Shown here in pieces: positions 21,601 through 29,026 of a stretch of 51,385 bases of DNA (the first letter of the stretch is position 1; the number at the start of each line of letters is the position of its first letter). Location of the stretch: contig JBDROZ010000012.1 in the NCBI GenBank assembly GCA_043809585.1, positions 1 through 51,385 of the forward strand, given 5' to 3'. This stretch comes from Candidatus Eiseniibacteriota bacterium. GTDB lineage: Bacteria > Orphanbacterota > Orphanbacteria > Orphanbacterales > Orphanbacteraceae. A program made the position numbers and the translations under genes. The notes under the pieces are model-generated. The model searched no databases. It saw only the letters and a list, made by a program, of their open reading frames with translations, and had not been told where the DNA came from.

Positions 21601-22693
21601 GATGGTGGTGCGCCTCGATTCGACGGGGAACTTCGAGCCCTTCATCCCGGCGATCCTGGAAGGGGAGGGGTTCGTGGTCGAGCCTCCCAACGGCTACATC
21701 GCCGAGGTGAGCGGAAGCCCGTCGGTCACCTTCGAGGGGATGACGAACCTCGCCGACGTGACGATCCGCGGGGAGTTGAACTTCCTCGGCCTCCCGCTCG
21801 ATCCGGAAACAACCTACACAGCCCGCGCCTGGTGCGAGGCGACGGGGGCGGGGCGGCTCGTGCGGTATGATCCGGCCGAGGCTCGATTCGAAGCATTCAT
21901 CCCGGGCTTCCACGAGACCGATGGTTACGAGCTCCATGGCGCCGAGGGGTACCTCGCCGTCGCCGACGCGGAGACGACCGTGACCTTCCCTGGGGTCGGA
22001 TGGCTCGGGGAGGGCCCGGCTCCTCCTCTAGCACCGCCGGCCGCGAAGACCGTCGGCGGGTCCACCGCCGCAGCGGCGCCGGAAGCGCTCGTATTCGGAG
22101 TCGCGGGCGATCTCTTCCTCCGGGAGGGCTGGTCCGGGTCGGTGCGGGCCGCCTCGACCTACGAGGTCACCGTGACGAATGCGAGGACCGGCGCCACGGC
22201 CCGCGCTTCGTCAAACGGGGCGACCGGGCAGTACGCCACGGTCTTCGTCGACTTCTCCAACAGCCAGGGAGTGTGGGCCGGAGACGTTCTCGAAATCGAG
22301 ATCCTGGACTCGAAGGGCGGACGACTGGGCGATCCGGTGAGCCGCACCGTGTCGAAGGAAGACATCGCGATCGGCTACGGCCGGGCCGACGTCACCATCG
22401 ACGGGCCGCCGCCAGCGGTCACGAAGCTCCACCCGAACCTCCCGAATCCGTTTAACCCGGTGACGCGGATCCGGTATCAACTCGCGAACCCCGGAAAGGT
22501 GGAGCTGAAGATCTACAACATCTCGGGCCGTCTGGTGAAAACCCTCGTCGACGAACACCAGAAACCGGGATACTTCGAGAAGATCTGGCGGGGGGACAAC
22601 AACGGCGACCGGGACGCGGCCTCCGGAGTCTACTTCGTGAGGCTCGCGGCGCCCGGTTACTCGAGGTCCCAGAAGATGGTCCTGATTCGATGA
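9695..22693 (+). CDS. Giant (~4330 aa) secreted modular protein: 3 beta-helix-containing modules, 5 Ig-like repeats, ~11 CARDB-like repeats, DPNEK domain, C-terminal FlgD-Ig/T9SS-like tail
   Basis: Start MKRFLIL at 9695 after GAGGAG, signal peptide; TG(Q/E)IAFTD repeats near 9773/11231/12668; DxTPPET repeats ~14120-15520; (P/A)DLxV...WTV.N.G...W.D.VYLS.D...E..E.NN repeats ~15530-19270; SRDPNEKLGP; NLPNPFNP.T.I.Y.L...IYNISGRLVKTL...W.G...SGVYF tail. Confidence 0.88.
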   Translation: MKRFLILSVVVSVLGPLSPVPALAVETGQIAFTDSSWVPIEISYPPGSDSAFLEVWDPDLNFDSFSIDSVWIWVGAEIDSVVVDTELVWLRETDLATGLFHGSVDFDPQASRILTELETSLPAGSDSASAAIREKMIRDRLREFRRERSKSDRAQASWDGLLQVIPGGWLGAVYYDSANATGLLDTIFTTVTYGGYAGPVSGTWTAAGNPHIVVGDAWVIEPDSLIIEEGVEVRFFEDVVLFDYGVIRASGTSSDSVHFGLDPQFQQDPWRTWGGLFVDGGVLSLTHGSFSRAYEGIGGYLDSGSVRVDHSLILECRSHGIDFAGSGYVEISNSVIRENGTGPYDGGGVDLDLYGGGSFLVSGCLITGNSRGVGIGGAGGLVRSSDISSNLGRGLTIEDMSRSSRVESTSVVGNTGYGVTVGYAYEDSVTPVFRGCEFHGNGSDTTGGFYDFSNESDWEVDARENDWGPVTTAEMDSGGNPKNITAIYDQYDDGWRGFVNYARWTGVADPSYTGEIAFTDAAGDPIGVHYPVGSDSAFIEVWDPDLDLDSLALDSVLVIVGAQLESVTVDTEQVWLHETGATSAVFRGSIPFDPQVFKFLDDLRRELPEGEDSASVALRREMIRERVASLREGDERKGLRLDSGDGLLQVIPGNAIGTLYFDESGDWGDNVDVGANAFYGGYAGPVSGTWTAAGNPYVVVGDIRVDWGDTLRMESGVEVRLVEGASVRVYGFLDVAGAPGDSVSFDYHETWGGYDENWGGIYVNNGGLRMSYASVAGGYVGADIYTPWMDTVVVDHSFVRDCAIGGISLSGSGLLAISDCLFEGNGTSGFDKGLSLEPYEDGRFTVVRCEMIGNRGGIGVSGGGGVIDGCLSAGNAQHGLTVQYLADSLRVTASEFTGNAGRGVRVGYVGSDSLAPVFRLCRFADNAAMDFHNASPLDVDARENDWGDTTTARMNLGGNPKNIPAIHDEYDDPDLGFVNYARWIGGPGGGHTGEIAFTDSLWMPIGVHYPAGSESAFVEVRDPDLDLDPFSVDSGWVWVGADLGEGVVDTELVWLRETNLSTGVFRGSIPFQVVAAKFLEDLKDSLPPETDSASARLRRAMVETRIEAIRTKSSDLAFRVSSWDGSLEVIPGNAIGTVYFDALNDWGVPDSIDANTYYGGLAGPVSGVWTVVGNPHVAVGDIWVPDGATLRMEPGVEAFFVDDASLIAYGTLAVAGAEGDSVRFRGHEGWGSGGNDWWGGVYVPYGAASLSYASLVGAVDGISGWADSSALSLDHTLIRGCGSDGLDYWGHGGVTIDRCVFRENGFGWYSGTGINVGSYYSESLRISNTEISGNQEGVGLYGAGGQVEACSITGNARTGLRIQDMSRSIDVTGTAITGNGDAGVYMSNAYVDSATAVFRNCQIHDNGADSSAWYPYDFVNESYKHIDAKENWWGDSTTAEMNALGYPANISVIYDSLDESWLGFVDYADWVGAVPDLEPPVVSIDIGPSEGVDTTEADLYFQWSGLDDHTPPESLLYAFALDSFPPDTAWVPTTIHTFIGVPEGRHVFYLLGRDLAGRIGEASRSFGVDLTPPETEVYAGPGEGTHQDSASASFAWYGWDNVSEGWEITYSFRMDEEPWSVFLDSTAASYGGLAETTHVFAVRARDKAGLLEDPPSSMTFTVDMTPPETWFISGPEDSAVVNDSVFAYGYSGADTLTLVSHLEYAVALDTFPFGEFSGDTSFVLWYPVGGWHTIRVKARDLAGNEDPAPAVRHVYVDYLSPVVALLSGPDEGAHIAEDSVFFEWSATDNYTIADLIEYAYSIDQLDTTAFGTVLSVFLGGLAEGTHRFEIFARDMAGNVGTLQRNFVVDLTPPETWFTSGPADSAAIHEADVAFCWFGGDNSTISGDLEFARSIDEGPYSPFSGATCDTLVGLSQGWHSVSVKSRDLSGREDESPARRDFLVALFDLEAIALDFADTVFTGENVSVRWSARNGGGATIDWPWIDEVCLSPDPAYGGDTLLHQSFHWDALEPDSVYTTEDSVSIPLHLTEGDYWVILAVDAGDVIPEWGAEDDNVIVSPGPVSVRIPPHANLVVENITPPAEASSGQGAYVEWTVRNLGDVTASAPWVDRVYLSDDDAIGGDIALAPDFTYPYDLVPSDAYTHAHPVVFPEDIEGDFWIIVKTDLGDAVDENVDEGDNAAISSVSFPIHLSPFPDLRVDSVLVQSTAQSGSPLAVRWVVSNHGEAPTNASIWYDRAYLSADTTLGYGEVSLGQFSNLSYLNPGEGYAREVEVTLPANIQGTYYVIVVADCQNHVAEHHGEGNNQRTSDPFAVEYVPSPAPDLWVHDVLSPSSGWAGEPIPVSWTVTNIGDAPAAGEWLLDWVMISTDSIAESGDIALALYPEGYYAGDDLDPDSSYSRTKSPRLPNDVSGDYYVFVWTDVRMEYDDKDWGNNFSTPRPITIHAPSPPDLVADAVTVRADSAYPGTAVRVVWTVTNNGAGPSGGSAWQDWIYISPDDSLDDSVDTRIAWRSHSGYLSVDGSYTDSAVVTLPYDQPGSFYIFVCADGAGQVDEGDYEDNNCGRPVLPLVVDYPTPADLHVTAIFCPAGLHSGDTTQVSWTVENSGPAGTVVASWRDEVYLSTDTLFEPTGDLLLASYDRSGTLDSGATYVGDATVVLPNGADGPRYLVAVTDADDYVYEGEWEENNASTESIYVTLTIPPDLRVTSLIVPAEGTSGGSIGIQWTVTNAGPGPTRCASWKDQVYLSSDSVLTVPGDTHLGTFTRTGTLGAGATYYRNQNVTLPSGISGTRYVIVRVDAADEVYEHSNEGNNDRPAATQVVPPPLPDLEPIAFQVVSKNAKRGTAGLTWTVRNSGAGYAGGNWLDRVYLSADGIYDPGADPVVLSKNRIGGLGSGGTYAASGTATFPNGVDGTYHLFLRTDALGAVSETDEGNNRDSTQILIELTPADLVVIDVTGPDSVNTGQPVTVQWTVQNQGIGGTEASAWYDAAYLSRDQILDATDFVLGSKQHSGILPAESTYTTSLQGTIPSGYTGTYYLFVKTDKNNQVYEHGGEGNNFSYDSDGLEVVIPAPADLVVTSVVVPDSAFSGDSMTISWTVSNTGLNNAVGLWSDGVYLCSGATWNPGDPLIGILDFSGTLPPGTSYTRKMLVSRESYTHVLEANMPGAVPGDYKIAVRADLRNGIFESDEENNVAVSSTPISALIFALSPGVPHLASLRESEDDYYLIDLDEGEDLRITAEADTPNGVIEFFARYSDVPSAFNYDIRSDSLFFPGGPLLVPGRGEGQYFLMIRGRSLPDGETNYEVLVERLGFSLESARPEIIGNSGRATLNIFGAQLYPTTNFFLQNVDEDTIFADTTFYVNSTHMRATFNLGGKQIGWYDLTARKDTQEVSLLGAIRVEDGGGPALSLAISGLTAMRRLSPTVYIITYANEGNSDAEFLLMALRTQTPGMHIDYVWDENANQLFPIPDAEIDSTPQNAAFFYVDVVPPHTQGTMYAQITAEGERVHPALVVGAWVLSGIATEYLSDVFWKSFKYSWLPACPDETIGSALMDAVRRGFWEANQEWGGHFVKKPAGALIKKVVKASIAGPFNIFVSMGQNLYSYFGGLLEGGQLYLAGDDCLGLNPRPPDASGDQVIIVVSSRDPNEKLGPTPPDEDPLISAYQTIPYTIYFENMADATAPAQQVVIRDTIDTDLDWRRFRLSEIAFGDTTIMVPPNRSYWYTSMEIDSGYLLEIDAGINGSTGEAHWFFNTIDPETGLPPLDPLAGFLPPNDSTGRGEGHVTFTIRPDPEAPAGTEIRNKATIVFDTNDLIETNEVLNVLRDAFADLTVVSVNVEVGDEGLLEGENVGLLASVQNTGENDAPNPIFHFYHGDPSFGGDLVGVVQIATGLAAGQQKQISVTWTPRRVLGDQVIHIIADPDSLIEEEDEANNSRVLTLPIDPRTYTAHYSDGVNLVSLPLEPADSLFAADLTQILGASMVVRLDSTGNFEPFIPAILEGEGFVVEPPNGYIAEVSGSPSVTFEGMTNLADVTIRGELNFLGLPLDPETTYTARAWCEATGAGRLVRYDPAEARFEAFIPGFHETDGYELHGAEGYLAVADAETTVTFPGVGWLGEGPAPPLAPPAAKTVGGSTAAAAPEALVFGVAGDLFLREGWSGSVRAASTYEVTVTNARTGATARASSNGATGQYATVFVDFSNSQGVWAGDVLEIEILDSKGGRLGDPVSRTVSKEDIAIGYGRADVTIDGPPPAVTKLHPNLPNPFNPVTRIRYQLANPGKVELKIYNISGRLVKTLVDEHQKPGYFEKIWRGDNNGDRDAASGVYFVRLAAPGYSRSQKMVLIR

Positions 22694-22704
22694 GGAGAAT
22701 GGTC

Positions 22705-24192
22705 ATGTTCAAGGCGCATACGATCCCGATGTTCGTCGCCGGCCTCCTCGCCGCCTTCGGGGCCGCGCATGCCCAAACGACGAGCTTGATCACCGTCTAC
22801 GGCACCGCCTACCTCCAGGACGGAATCAGTCCGGTTCCTGCCGGATTCACAGTGGACGTCCGGAACCTGGACGAGGGGACCTCCCAAAACCGGATGCCTT
22901 CCGCCCAGGAGCCCGGCAGGTACGAGGTCACTTTCGTCGACTACTCGGACAACGTGGCCGCCTCGGCGGGCGACCGGATCGAGGTCGTTCTCCGCACGGC
23001 GGCGGGGGAGGCGGCGAGCGAGTATCAGGTCTTCCTGCTCGGTCCCCAGGAGATCGAGAACCGGGAAGTCCGGATCGATGTAACGCTCAGAAATGCAAGA
23101 ACTTGGACGATTCGTGCCGACGGAACCGGGGAAGCGGCAACCCTTCCCGCGGCCGTCGATACCGCCCTCGGGATGGTAGGGGACACGATTCTAGTCGAGC
23201 CGGGCGAGTACACCTGGACGAATCAGGGCGCGTCGGGCGCGGCTCTCATGATACTCGAGAGCGGGCTGAACCTATTCGCTTTGACCGCCGACGGGTCGAG
23301 CGTCCTGGACGCTGAGGGTCATGGCTCCGTCATTCTCTGCGACGGACTCCCGGACTCCACTCGGATCGCGGGATTCACGATCCGGGGGGGTGATGCGGCC
23401 GGGGGCGGGGGTATCCTCTGCAAGAGTTCCGCCGTGCGCCTCTCATCCTGCGTATTCTACGGGAACACCGCCTCCTACGGAGGCGCGATCGCCTGTCTCG
23501 CCTGCTCTCCGCGAATCGAGAATTGCACCGTCGTCGAGAACCTCGTGAGCGACGCCGGGGCCGGCATCTACTGCAGCAACGCCTCTCCCCTGATCGAGAA
23601 TTGCGTTATCGCGTTCAACTACGAGACCCCCGGCGTGGAGTGCGGGGATACGCTCTCTTCCCCCTCCTTCGGCTGCAACGATCTTTGGGGGAACGAAGGG
23701 GGGGACGGGCTCCCGCCCCGGGCGGTCGACCTCGGCGGAAACATCTCCCTTGATCCGATCTTCTGCGCCGCCCCTTCCCGGGACTACAGAGTCCGGAACG
23801 ATTCTCCCTGTCTTCCTGAAAACCAACCGGGGCCGGACCCGTGCGGACTCATCGGTGCGCTCGGCGCGGCATGCTGGGCCACGGGCGTGGACGGAGAGGA
23901 GGGAAGAAGCGTCTCGGCCCTGCTGGCCGCGCCCCGCCCCAATCCGTTCCGAGAGAACACCACGATCTGGTTCAGCGTCCCATCCGGGAGGGCGGCACGG
24001 ATCTCGGTCTACGACTCGAGCGGGAGACTGGTGAAGACGATCGTCGATGCCCCATCCCCCGGCGTGAACGGCGTCGTCCGCTGGGACGGGAGGAACATCG
24101 CCGGTGCGCGGGTTTCGCCGGGCGTCTACTTCGTCCGCCTCACGACGGGCGCCGGCGTGGATTCGACCCGAAAAGTCGTATTCCTGCGCTGA
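22705..24192 (+). CDS. Secreted beta-helix protein with C-terminal FlgD-Ig-like domain
   Basis: Signal peptide; GGGILC/GGAIAC repeats, DPIFC...SPCL, PRPNPF...VYDSSGRLVKT...WDGRN...PGVYF. Adjacent to the giant gene stop (ATGA at 22690; SD GAGGAG favours 22705). Confidence 0.85.
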   Translation: MFKAHTIPMFVAGLLAAFGAAHAQTTSLITVYGTAYLQDGISPVPAGFTVDVRNLDEGTSQNRMPSAQEPGRYEVTFVDYSDNVAASAGDRIEVVLRTAAGEAASEYQVFLLGPQEIENREVRIDVTLRNARTWTIRADGTGEAATLPAAVDTALGMVGDTILVEPGEYTWTNQGASGAALMILESGLNLFALTADGSSVLDAEGHGSVILCDGLPDSTRIAGFTIRGGDAAGGGGILCKSSAVRLSSCVFYGNTASYGGAIACLACSPRIENCTVVENLVSDAGAGIYCSNASPLIENCVIAFNYETPGVECGDTLSSPSFGCNDLWGNEGGDGLPPRAVDLGGNISLDPIFCAAPSRDYRVRNDSPCLPENQPGPDPCGLIGALGAACWATGVDGEEGRSVSALLAAPRPNPFRENTTIWFSVPSGRAARISVYDSSGRLVKTIVDAPSPGVNGVVRWDGRNIAGARVSPGVYFVRLTTGAGVDSTRKVVFLR

Positions 24193-24342
24193 GAGGGCCG
24201 AGAATCGGTTTCAACATCCCGAGTTCCCGAAACGGGCCCCCTCCGTTCCGATCTCCCTGCCGACTCCTCCTTTCTCGCCGCCCGCCCCTCCGCGGGTGCT
24301 ATTCTCTCTCGGGAGGAGCGAGGCGAATCCGGGAGGACCCCG

Positions 24343-27300
24343 ATGGGCGTCGACACCCGAGATCACGCGGCCGCCCTCGCGGCGGTGAGCGCGGCGATCG
24401 GCACGAACTCGGTCGCCGCGGGCGACGCGCTCCGCCTCCTCGAGGCCGCCGAACGACTGATTGCCTCGGGCGCCGCCGAAGGGGAGCCCGGATTCTGGCA
24501 CGACTATCTCGACCGCACCCGCCGCTCCGCCTTTCTTCGCGCCCTCCCGGACGACGAGGGCCGCGGGCGCTGGGCCGAAACCGCCGTCGCCGCCATCGAA
24601 GCCTCCGACTACCGCCTCGAGACCCTCATGGAGCAACGCCTCCGGGCCCACCCGGACCGGGTCCTCTTCCAGGAGGGTATCGGCGGCGGAGCGCGGCGGT
24701 GGACGTACGCCCAGGCGGCCCGGCGCATCCGCTCCTACGCCGCCGTGTTTCTGAAGGAGACGGAGGGGGCGCCCCGGGTGGCGATCCTCTCCGAGAACGG
24801 CGTCGAAGGGGCCTTCGTCGATCTCGCCTGCCTGATGCACGACATCCTGGTCGCGCCTCTCGATCCGCAGATGAACGCCGAGAACTTGAAGTGGATCTTC
24901 GACAGCCTGGACATCAACCTGGTGGTCACCGACACGGAGGAGCGCCGCCGCCGCCTCGAAACCGTTCGGGCCGGAGCGAAGCGCCCCTTCCTCGTCTTCC
25001 TCCTCGATCCGGAGGGGAGGGTCCGGGAAGAGCACGAGAAGGTGCTCGCCCGCCGGGCGGCGGACCTCGGCCGGGGCGAGATCGCCGACCTTCTCGGGGC
25101 GCGCCCGCGGCTCGGACTCCGGGACCCGATCACGGTCATGTTCACGTCGGGGAGCACGGGGATGCCGAAGGGCGTCGTCTTCCCCTCCCTCGCGATCCTC
25201 TCGAAGAGGTTCGCCCGCGCCGCCGCGCTGCCGGCGGTCGGGGAGGAGGAGGTGCTCTGCTGCTCCCTGCCCCTCTTCCACACCTTCGGCCGCTTTCTCG
25301 AGATGACGGGCATGCTCTTCTGGGGGGGGACCTACGTGTTCGCCGGGAACCCGTCGGTGGAGACCCTGCTCGCCGGCCTCCGCGAGGTCCGGCCGACGGG
25401 CCTCATCGGGATCCCGCGCCGGTGGATGCAGATCCGGGACCACGTGCTCGCGTCGGTCGGCGGCGCCGCGGTGACGGACGAGGAGTTCCGGGCCCTTTCC
25501 GGCGGCCGGCTCCGGTGGGGACTCTCGGCGGCCGGCTACCTCGACCCGCGGGTCTTCCGCTTCTTCCAACGCCACGGCGTCGACCTCTGCAGCGGCTTCG
25601 GGATGACCGAGGCGACCGGCGGCATCACCATGACCCCGCCGGGCGAATACGAGGACAACACGGTCGGCATCCCCCTTCCCCTCGTCCGGACCCGGATCAC
25701 CGGGGAGGGGGAGTTGCAGATCTCGGGACCTTACGTGGTTCGCTATCTCGACGACGACACGCCCGCCGCCGGAGGGGAGTACTGGCTCTCCACGGGCGAC
25801 ATCTTCCAGACGCGGCCGAGCGGTTATCTCGAGATCGTCGACCGGATCAAGGACATCTACAAAAACAGCCGGGGCCAGACCGTGGCCCCCCGGCGGGTGG
25901 AGCAGAAGTTCGCCGAGGTGCCGGGCATCAAGAGCGTCTTCCTCGTCGGCGACGGGCGGGACTACAACGCGCTCCTCATCGTGCCGGACCCCGATGACCC
26001 GGTGATGGTCGCCCTTTCGGACCGGCAGCGGTCGGAGGAGTATTTTCATAGGATCATCACCGCCGCGAACGAGGACCTCGATCCGTTCGAGCGGGTCGTG
26101 GGCTTCACGCTCTTGGATCGGGACTTCTCGGCCGAGAAGGGGGAGCTGACGGCGAAGGGGTCGTTCCGGCGGAAGGCGATCGAGAAGAACTTCGAAGAGG
26201 AGATCGGGCGCCTCTACCGGCGGGACTTCGTCGAACTCGAGACGGCGGGCCGCTGGGTGCGGATCCCCCGCTGGTTCTACCGGGACCTCGGGATCCTGGA
26301 GAGCGATCTCGTCGCCACCGGGAGCGGACTCGTCAACCGGGTGAGCCGGACCTCCCTCGATCTCGGGCCCGGCGAAGGGCCGACCGCCGTGCGGATCGGC
26401 GATCTGGAATACCGCATCGACGGGGAGGTGGTCGACCTCGGCCTCTTCGCGCGGCAGCCGGCCCTCTGGATCGGCAACCCGTCGCTCCTCGCCTTCTTCC
26501 CGTGCAAGGAGGGATGGGACACGCCGATGAAGAACGTCTCCCCCGAGGTGCGCCTCCCGTGGCGGAAGGCGGGCGAGCACCGGGAGGATCCGGCGCGGAT
26601 CATCCCCCCCCTCGGCGGGCGGCGGCTGGAGGACCTGAACCGGCTTTGCGCCGTCGCCCTCTGGGGCCCTCCGGCGGACGCGCTCGATGCGGTGAAGCGG
26701 CTCGGCGAGATACTGGAAGACGCGGACCTCCGCATGGGCATGGTGATCCGGCGGCGTCTCGAGGCCCTCGCCCGCCACCCGGAAATGGAGATCCGCGCCC
26801 TCGCCTACCGTGTTCTCCTGCTCGACCAACCGGCGCCCGACTACGGGGAGCTTCTCCCTGCCTTCGTCGCCTCCGGGCTCCCCTTCCTGAACAAGGAGAG
26901 CATCGCCGCCATCGCCCGGGCCAATCTCGACCGGCGGCGGCTCGAAGCGCTTCGCCTCCGGTTCCATTCGTACCGGAACCGGCTCGAGTGGCCCACATCC
27001 CCCGTGGCGCGCCAGCAGTTCGAGAACTCCTTCGCCCTTCTCGCCGAATTCGCCCGCTTCCATCCCGAGTACTACTCGACGATCCGGGCCGAGCTGGTGA
27101 GCTGGATCCTCCACCGGGCCGACCCGGAACTCTCCCAGGCGGCGGAACTCGAGCTCGAGAGGCTCGCCCACTGGTTCGAGCTCCGCCTCGCCGAAGAGGC
27201 GGCGGGCGAGTCGGCCGAGGATTGGAAGGGGAAGACGGTGCTCGAGGACGGCCTCTCCGATTCGGAGATCCGGCACCTCGAAAACGTGCTCGTGGGCACC

Positions 27301-28929
27301 ACGTTCCTCCGGGAATCGGTGATGCTCGCCTTCGACGGCGAATGCTTCGACGTCCGGCGGGTGCCCGAAGCGGGCATCTGGATCTCCCGGATCCTCTCCC
27401 TCTACGAGCACCAGCTCTACCGGGTCAGCGTCAACACGGCGGAGGAGAAGCACTACGATCTTCTTCTCATGCTCCGTCCGGACCTGAAGGAGGCGCCGGT
27501 CCACGAGACGAACTTCTGGATGATCGCGATCCACGGCCATCCGATCGACACCCCGGTGGTCCCCCGCTTCGGCTGCTGCCGGCCCGAGCTCGGCGCCATC
27601 TCCTTCGCCTTCGTCGGCGACCTCACCGTCTGGGAGCGGGTGCGCGGCGAAGAGGAGTCGGGCGACGCGGGGGGGCGCCGCGACCGCCGGCAGAATCTCT
27701 TCGTCCGGGGGATGGCGGTCTTCTTCCGGGGATGGAAGAACAGCGGGGGCCGCATCGTGCCCGGCGCCGTCACCCCCCGGAACGTGGCCACGCCCGAACC
27801 CGACTTCCGGGACGGCGCGAAGCTCCTTTCTCTCGCGGGGTGGCGCCGCTACCGGAATCCGATCGACCTCGTGGCGCCCATGATCCGGAACTTCTTCCTG
27901 CAGATCGAGCACCACTATCCCAGGTGCCGGAAAGACATGCAGTGGAGCTGGATCTTCGAGGCGTGCGTGGAGGGGCTCGGCGAGGAGGAAGCGAGGGAGT
28001 TCCTGAGCGATCTCCGGGATCGGATCGGCGAGGGGGGGATCCCGGGGGACGCGGAGCGCTTCGCCCGGTCTCTCGACGACTATCTCGGCCGTCTCGGAGT
28101 CGAGTATCACGTGCCCGTCCCGGTCCGGTGCGCCGTCGACCGATACCGCGAATGGGAGGAGATGAGCCGGGACGCCACGGTGACGGCGAAGGAGCAGATG
28201 GTGCGCGAGCTCTTCCGTCTTTACCGGATCGAGCGGTTCGGCGCGGTCGGCCGGTACTGGCTTTACCGCCGTACCGTATTCGCCCGGTCGGGCGAGGGGG
28301 TGCGGAGCGCCCTCGACCGCCTCCTCGATCGGATGCAGCGGAATCCGGAGGAGCGGCCGACGGGATTGGTCGAGCTTTCGGACCTGCAGGCCGCCCTCGA
28401 GGGGGAGGAGGAGCGGATGGTCTTCACCGGTCTCGTCTTCCCGAGCGCACCCTCCCGGGTGCCGGTGGACGTGATGACCGTGGGGGAGAGCCGCGAGAAG
28501 CACGTGGTCGTTCACACCTACTTCGATGACGAACGGGGCGAGCGCTACACCGTCCGGGAGCCGGTGGAGGCGGCGGAGGTGGGCGAGTTGATCCGGCTGA
28601 TCATCCGCGGGGGATTCCCGAACATCGTCTCCGAGCGGGACCGCTACTTCGTCGCCATCGACGCCCAGGAGCGGATCGTGGGGGGCATCTTCTACAAGAT
28701 CATGGAAACCGGGGCGGCCCACCTCGACGGCATCGTGATCGCCTCCCCCCTGAAACGGCGGGGCATCAGCGGCGCCCTGCTCGAGGACTTCTGTTCACGC
28801 ATGGAGGGGCAGGGGGTGAGCGTCGTGACGACCCACTTCTTCGCCCGCCCCTTCTACCTCGCCCACGGGTTCCATGTCGACAAGGCGTGGGGGGGACTGG
28901 TGCGGTTCCTGAAGGCGACGGAAGGCTAA
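24343..28929 (+). CDS. Fusion protein: long-chain acyl-CoA synthetase (AMP-binding) + unknown central region + C-terminal GNAT acyltransferase
   Basis: FTSGSTGMPKG, LPLFH, GFGMTE, TGD, IVDRIKDI adenylation motifs; C-terminal HLDGIVIASPLKRRGISGALL...PFYLAHGF GNAT motifs; SD GGAGG before the ATG. Confidence 0.85.
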   Translation: MGVDTRDHAAALAAVSAAIGTNSVAAGDALRLLEAAERLIASGAAEGEPGFWHDYLDRTRRSAFLRALPDDEGRGRWAETAVAAIEASDYRLETLMEQRLRAHPDRVLFQEGIGGGARRWTYAQAARRIRSYAAVFLKETEGAPRVAILSENGVEGAFVDLACLMHDILVAPLDPQMNAENLKWIFDSLDINLVVTDTEERRRRLETVRAGAKRPFLVFLLDPEGRVREEHEKVLARRAADLGRGEIADLLGARPRLGLRDPITVMFTSGSTGMPKGVVFPSLAILSKRFARAAALPAVGEEEVLCCSLPLFHTFGRFLEMTGMLFWGGTYVFAGNPSVETLLAGLREVRPTGLIGIPRRWMQIRDHVLASVGGAAVTDEEFRALSGGRLRWGLSAAGYLDPRVFRFFQRHGVDLCSGFGMTEATGGITMTPPGEYEDNTVGIPLPLVRTRITGEGELQISGPYVVRYLDDDTPAAGGEYWLSTGDIFQTRPSGYLEIVDRIKDIYKNSRGQTVAPRRVEQKFAEVPGIKSVFLVGDGRDYNALLIVPDPDDPVMVALSDRQRSEEYFHRIITAANEDLDPFERVVGFTLLDRDFSAEKGELTAKGSFRRKAIEKNFEEEIGRLYRRDFVELETAGRWVRIPRWFYRDLGILESDLVATGSGLVNRVSRTSLDLGPGEGPTAVRIGDLEYRIDGEVVDLGLFARQPALWIGNPSLLAFFPCKEGWDTPMKNVSPEVRLPWRKAGEHREDPARIIPPLGGRRLEDLNRLCAVALWGPPADALDAVKRLGEILEDADLRMGMVIRRRLEALARHPEMEIRALAYRVLLLDQPAPDYGELLPAFVASGLPFLNKESIAAIARANLDRRRLEALRLRFHSYRNRLEWPTSPVARQQFENSFALLAEFARFHPEYYSTIRAELVSWILHRADPELSQAAELELERLAHWFELRLAEEAAGESAEDWKGKTVLEDGLSDSEIRHLENVLVGTTFLRESVMLAFDGECFDVRRVPEAGIWISRILSLYEHQLYRVSVNTAEEKHYDLLLMLRPDLKEAPVHETNFWMIAIHGHPIDTPVVPRFGCCRPELGAISFAFVGDLTVWERVRGEEESGDAGGRRDRRQNLFVRGMAVFFRGWKNSGGRIVPGAVTPRNVATPEPDFRDGAKLLSLAGWRRYRNPIDLVAPMIRNFFLQIEHHYPRCRKDMQWSWIFEACVEGLGEEEAREFLSDLRDRIGEGGIPGDAERFARSLDDYLGRLGVEYHVPVPVRCAVDRYREWEEMSRDATVTAKEQMVRELFRLYRIERFGAVGRYWLYRRTVFARSGEGVRSALDRLLDRMQRNPEERPTGLVELSDLQAALEGEEERMVFTGLVFPSAPSRVPVDVMTVGESREKHVVVHTYFDDERGERYTVREPVEAAEVGELIRLIIRGGFPNIVSERDRYFVAIDAQERIVGGIFYKIMETGAAHLDGIVIASPLKRRGISGALLEDFCSRMEGQGVSVVTTHFFARPFYLAHGFHVDKAWGGLVRFLKATEG

Positions 28930-28968
28930 CAGATTCTGCGGCCCTGAATCCGGTGGGCGGGAGCCGGA

Positions 28969-29008
28969 GGGGCGGGTCCGCCGGCGCGAAAGGCCGGCGG
29001 ACCGCCCC
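28969..29008. terminator. Strong hairpin between convergent genes
   Basis: ggggcgggtccgccggc-gcgaaag-gccggcggaccgcccc. Confidence 0.55.
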
Positions 29009-29026
29009 GATCGGCGAAAAGAGAAC

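Noticed and set aside
24211-28722. 1503 aa minus-strand ORF (likewise 2382-4619, 6982-9531, 35824-38004, 37655-39553, 10904-12718)
   Set aside because: Antisense shadows of motif-bearing genes; stop codons are rare on the opposite strand of high-GC3 genes, and these ORFs carry no motifs.
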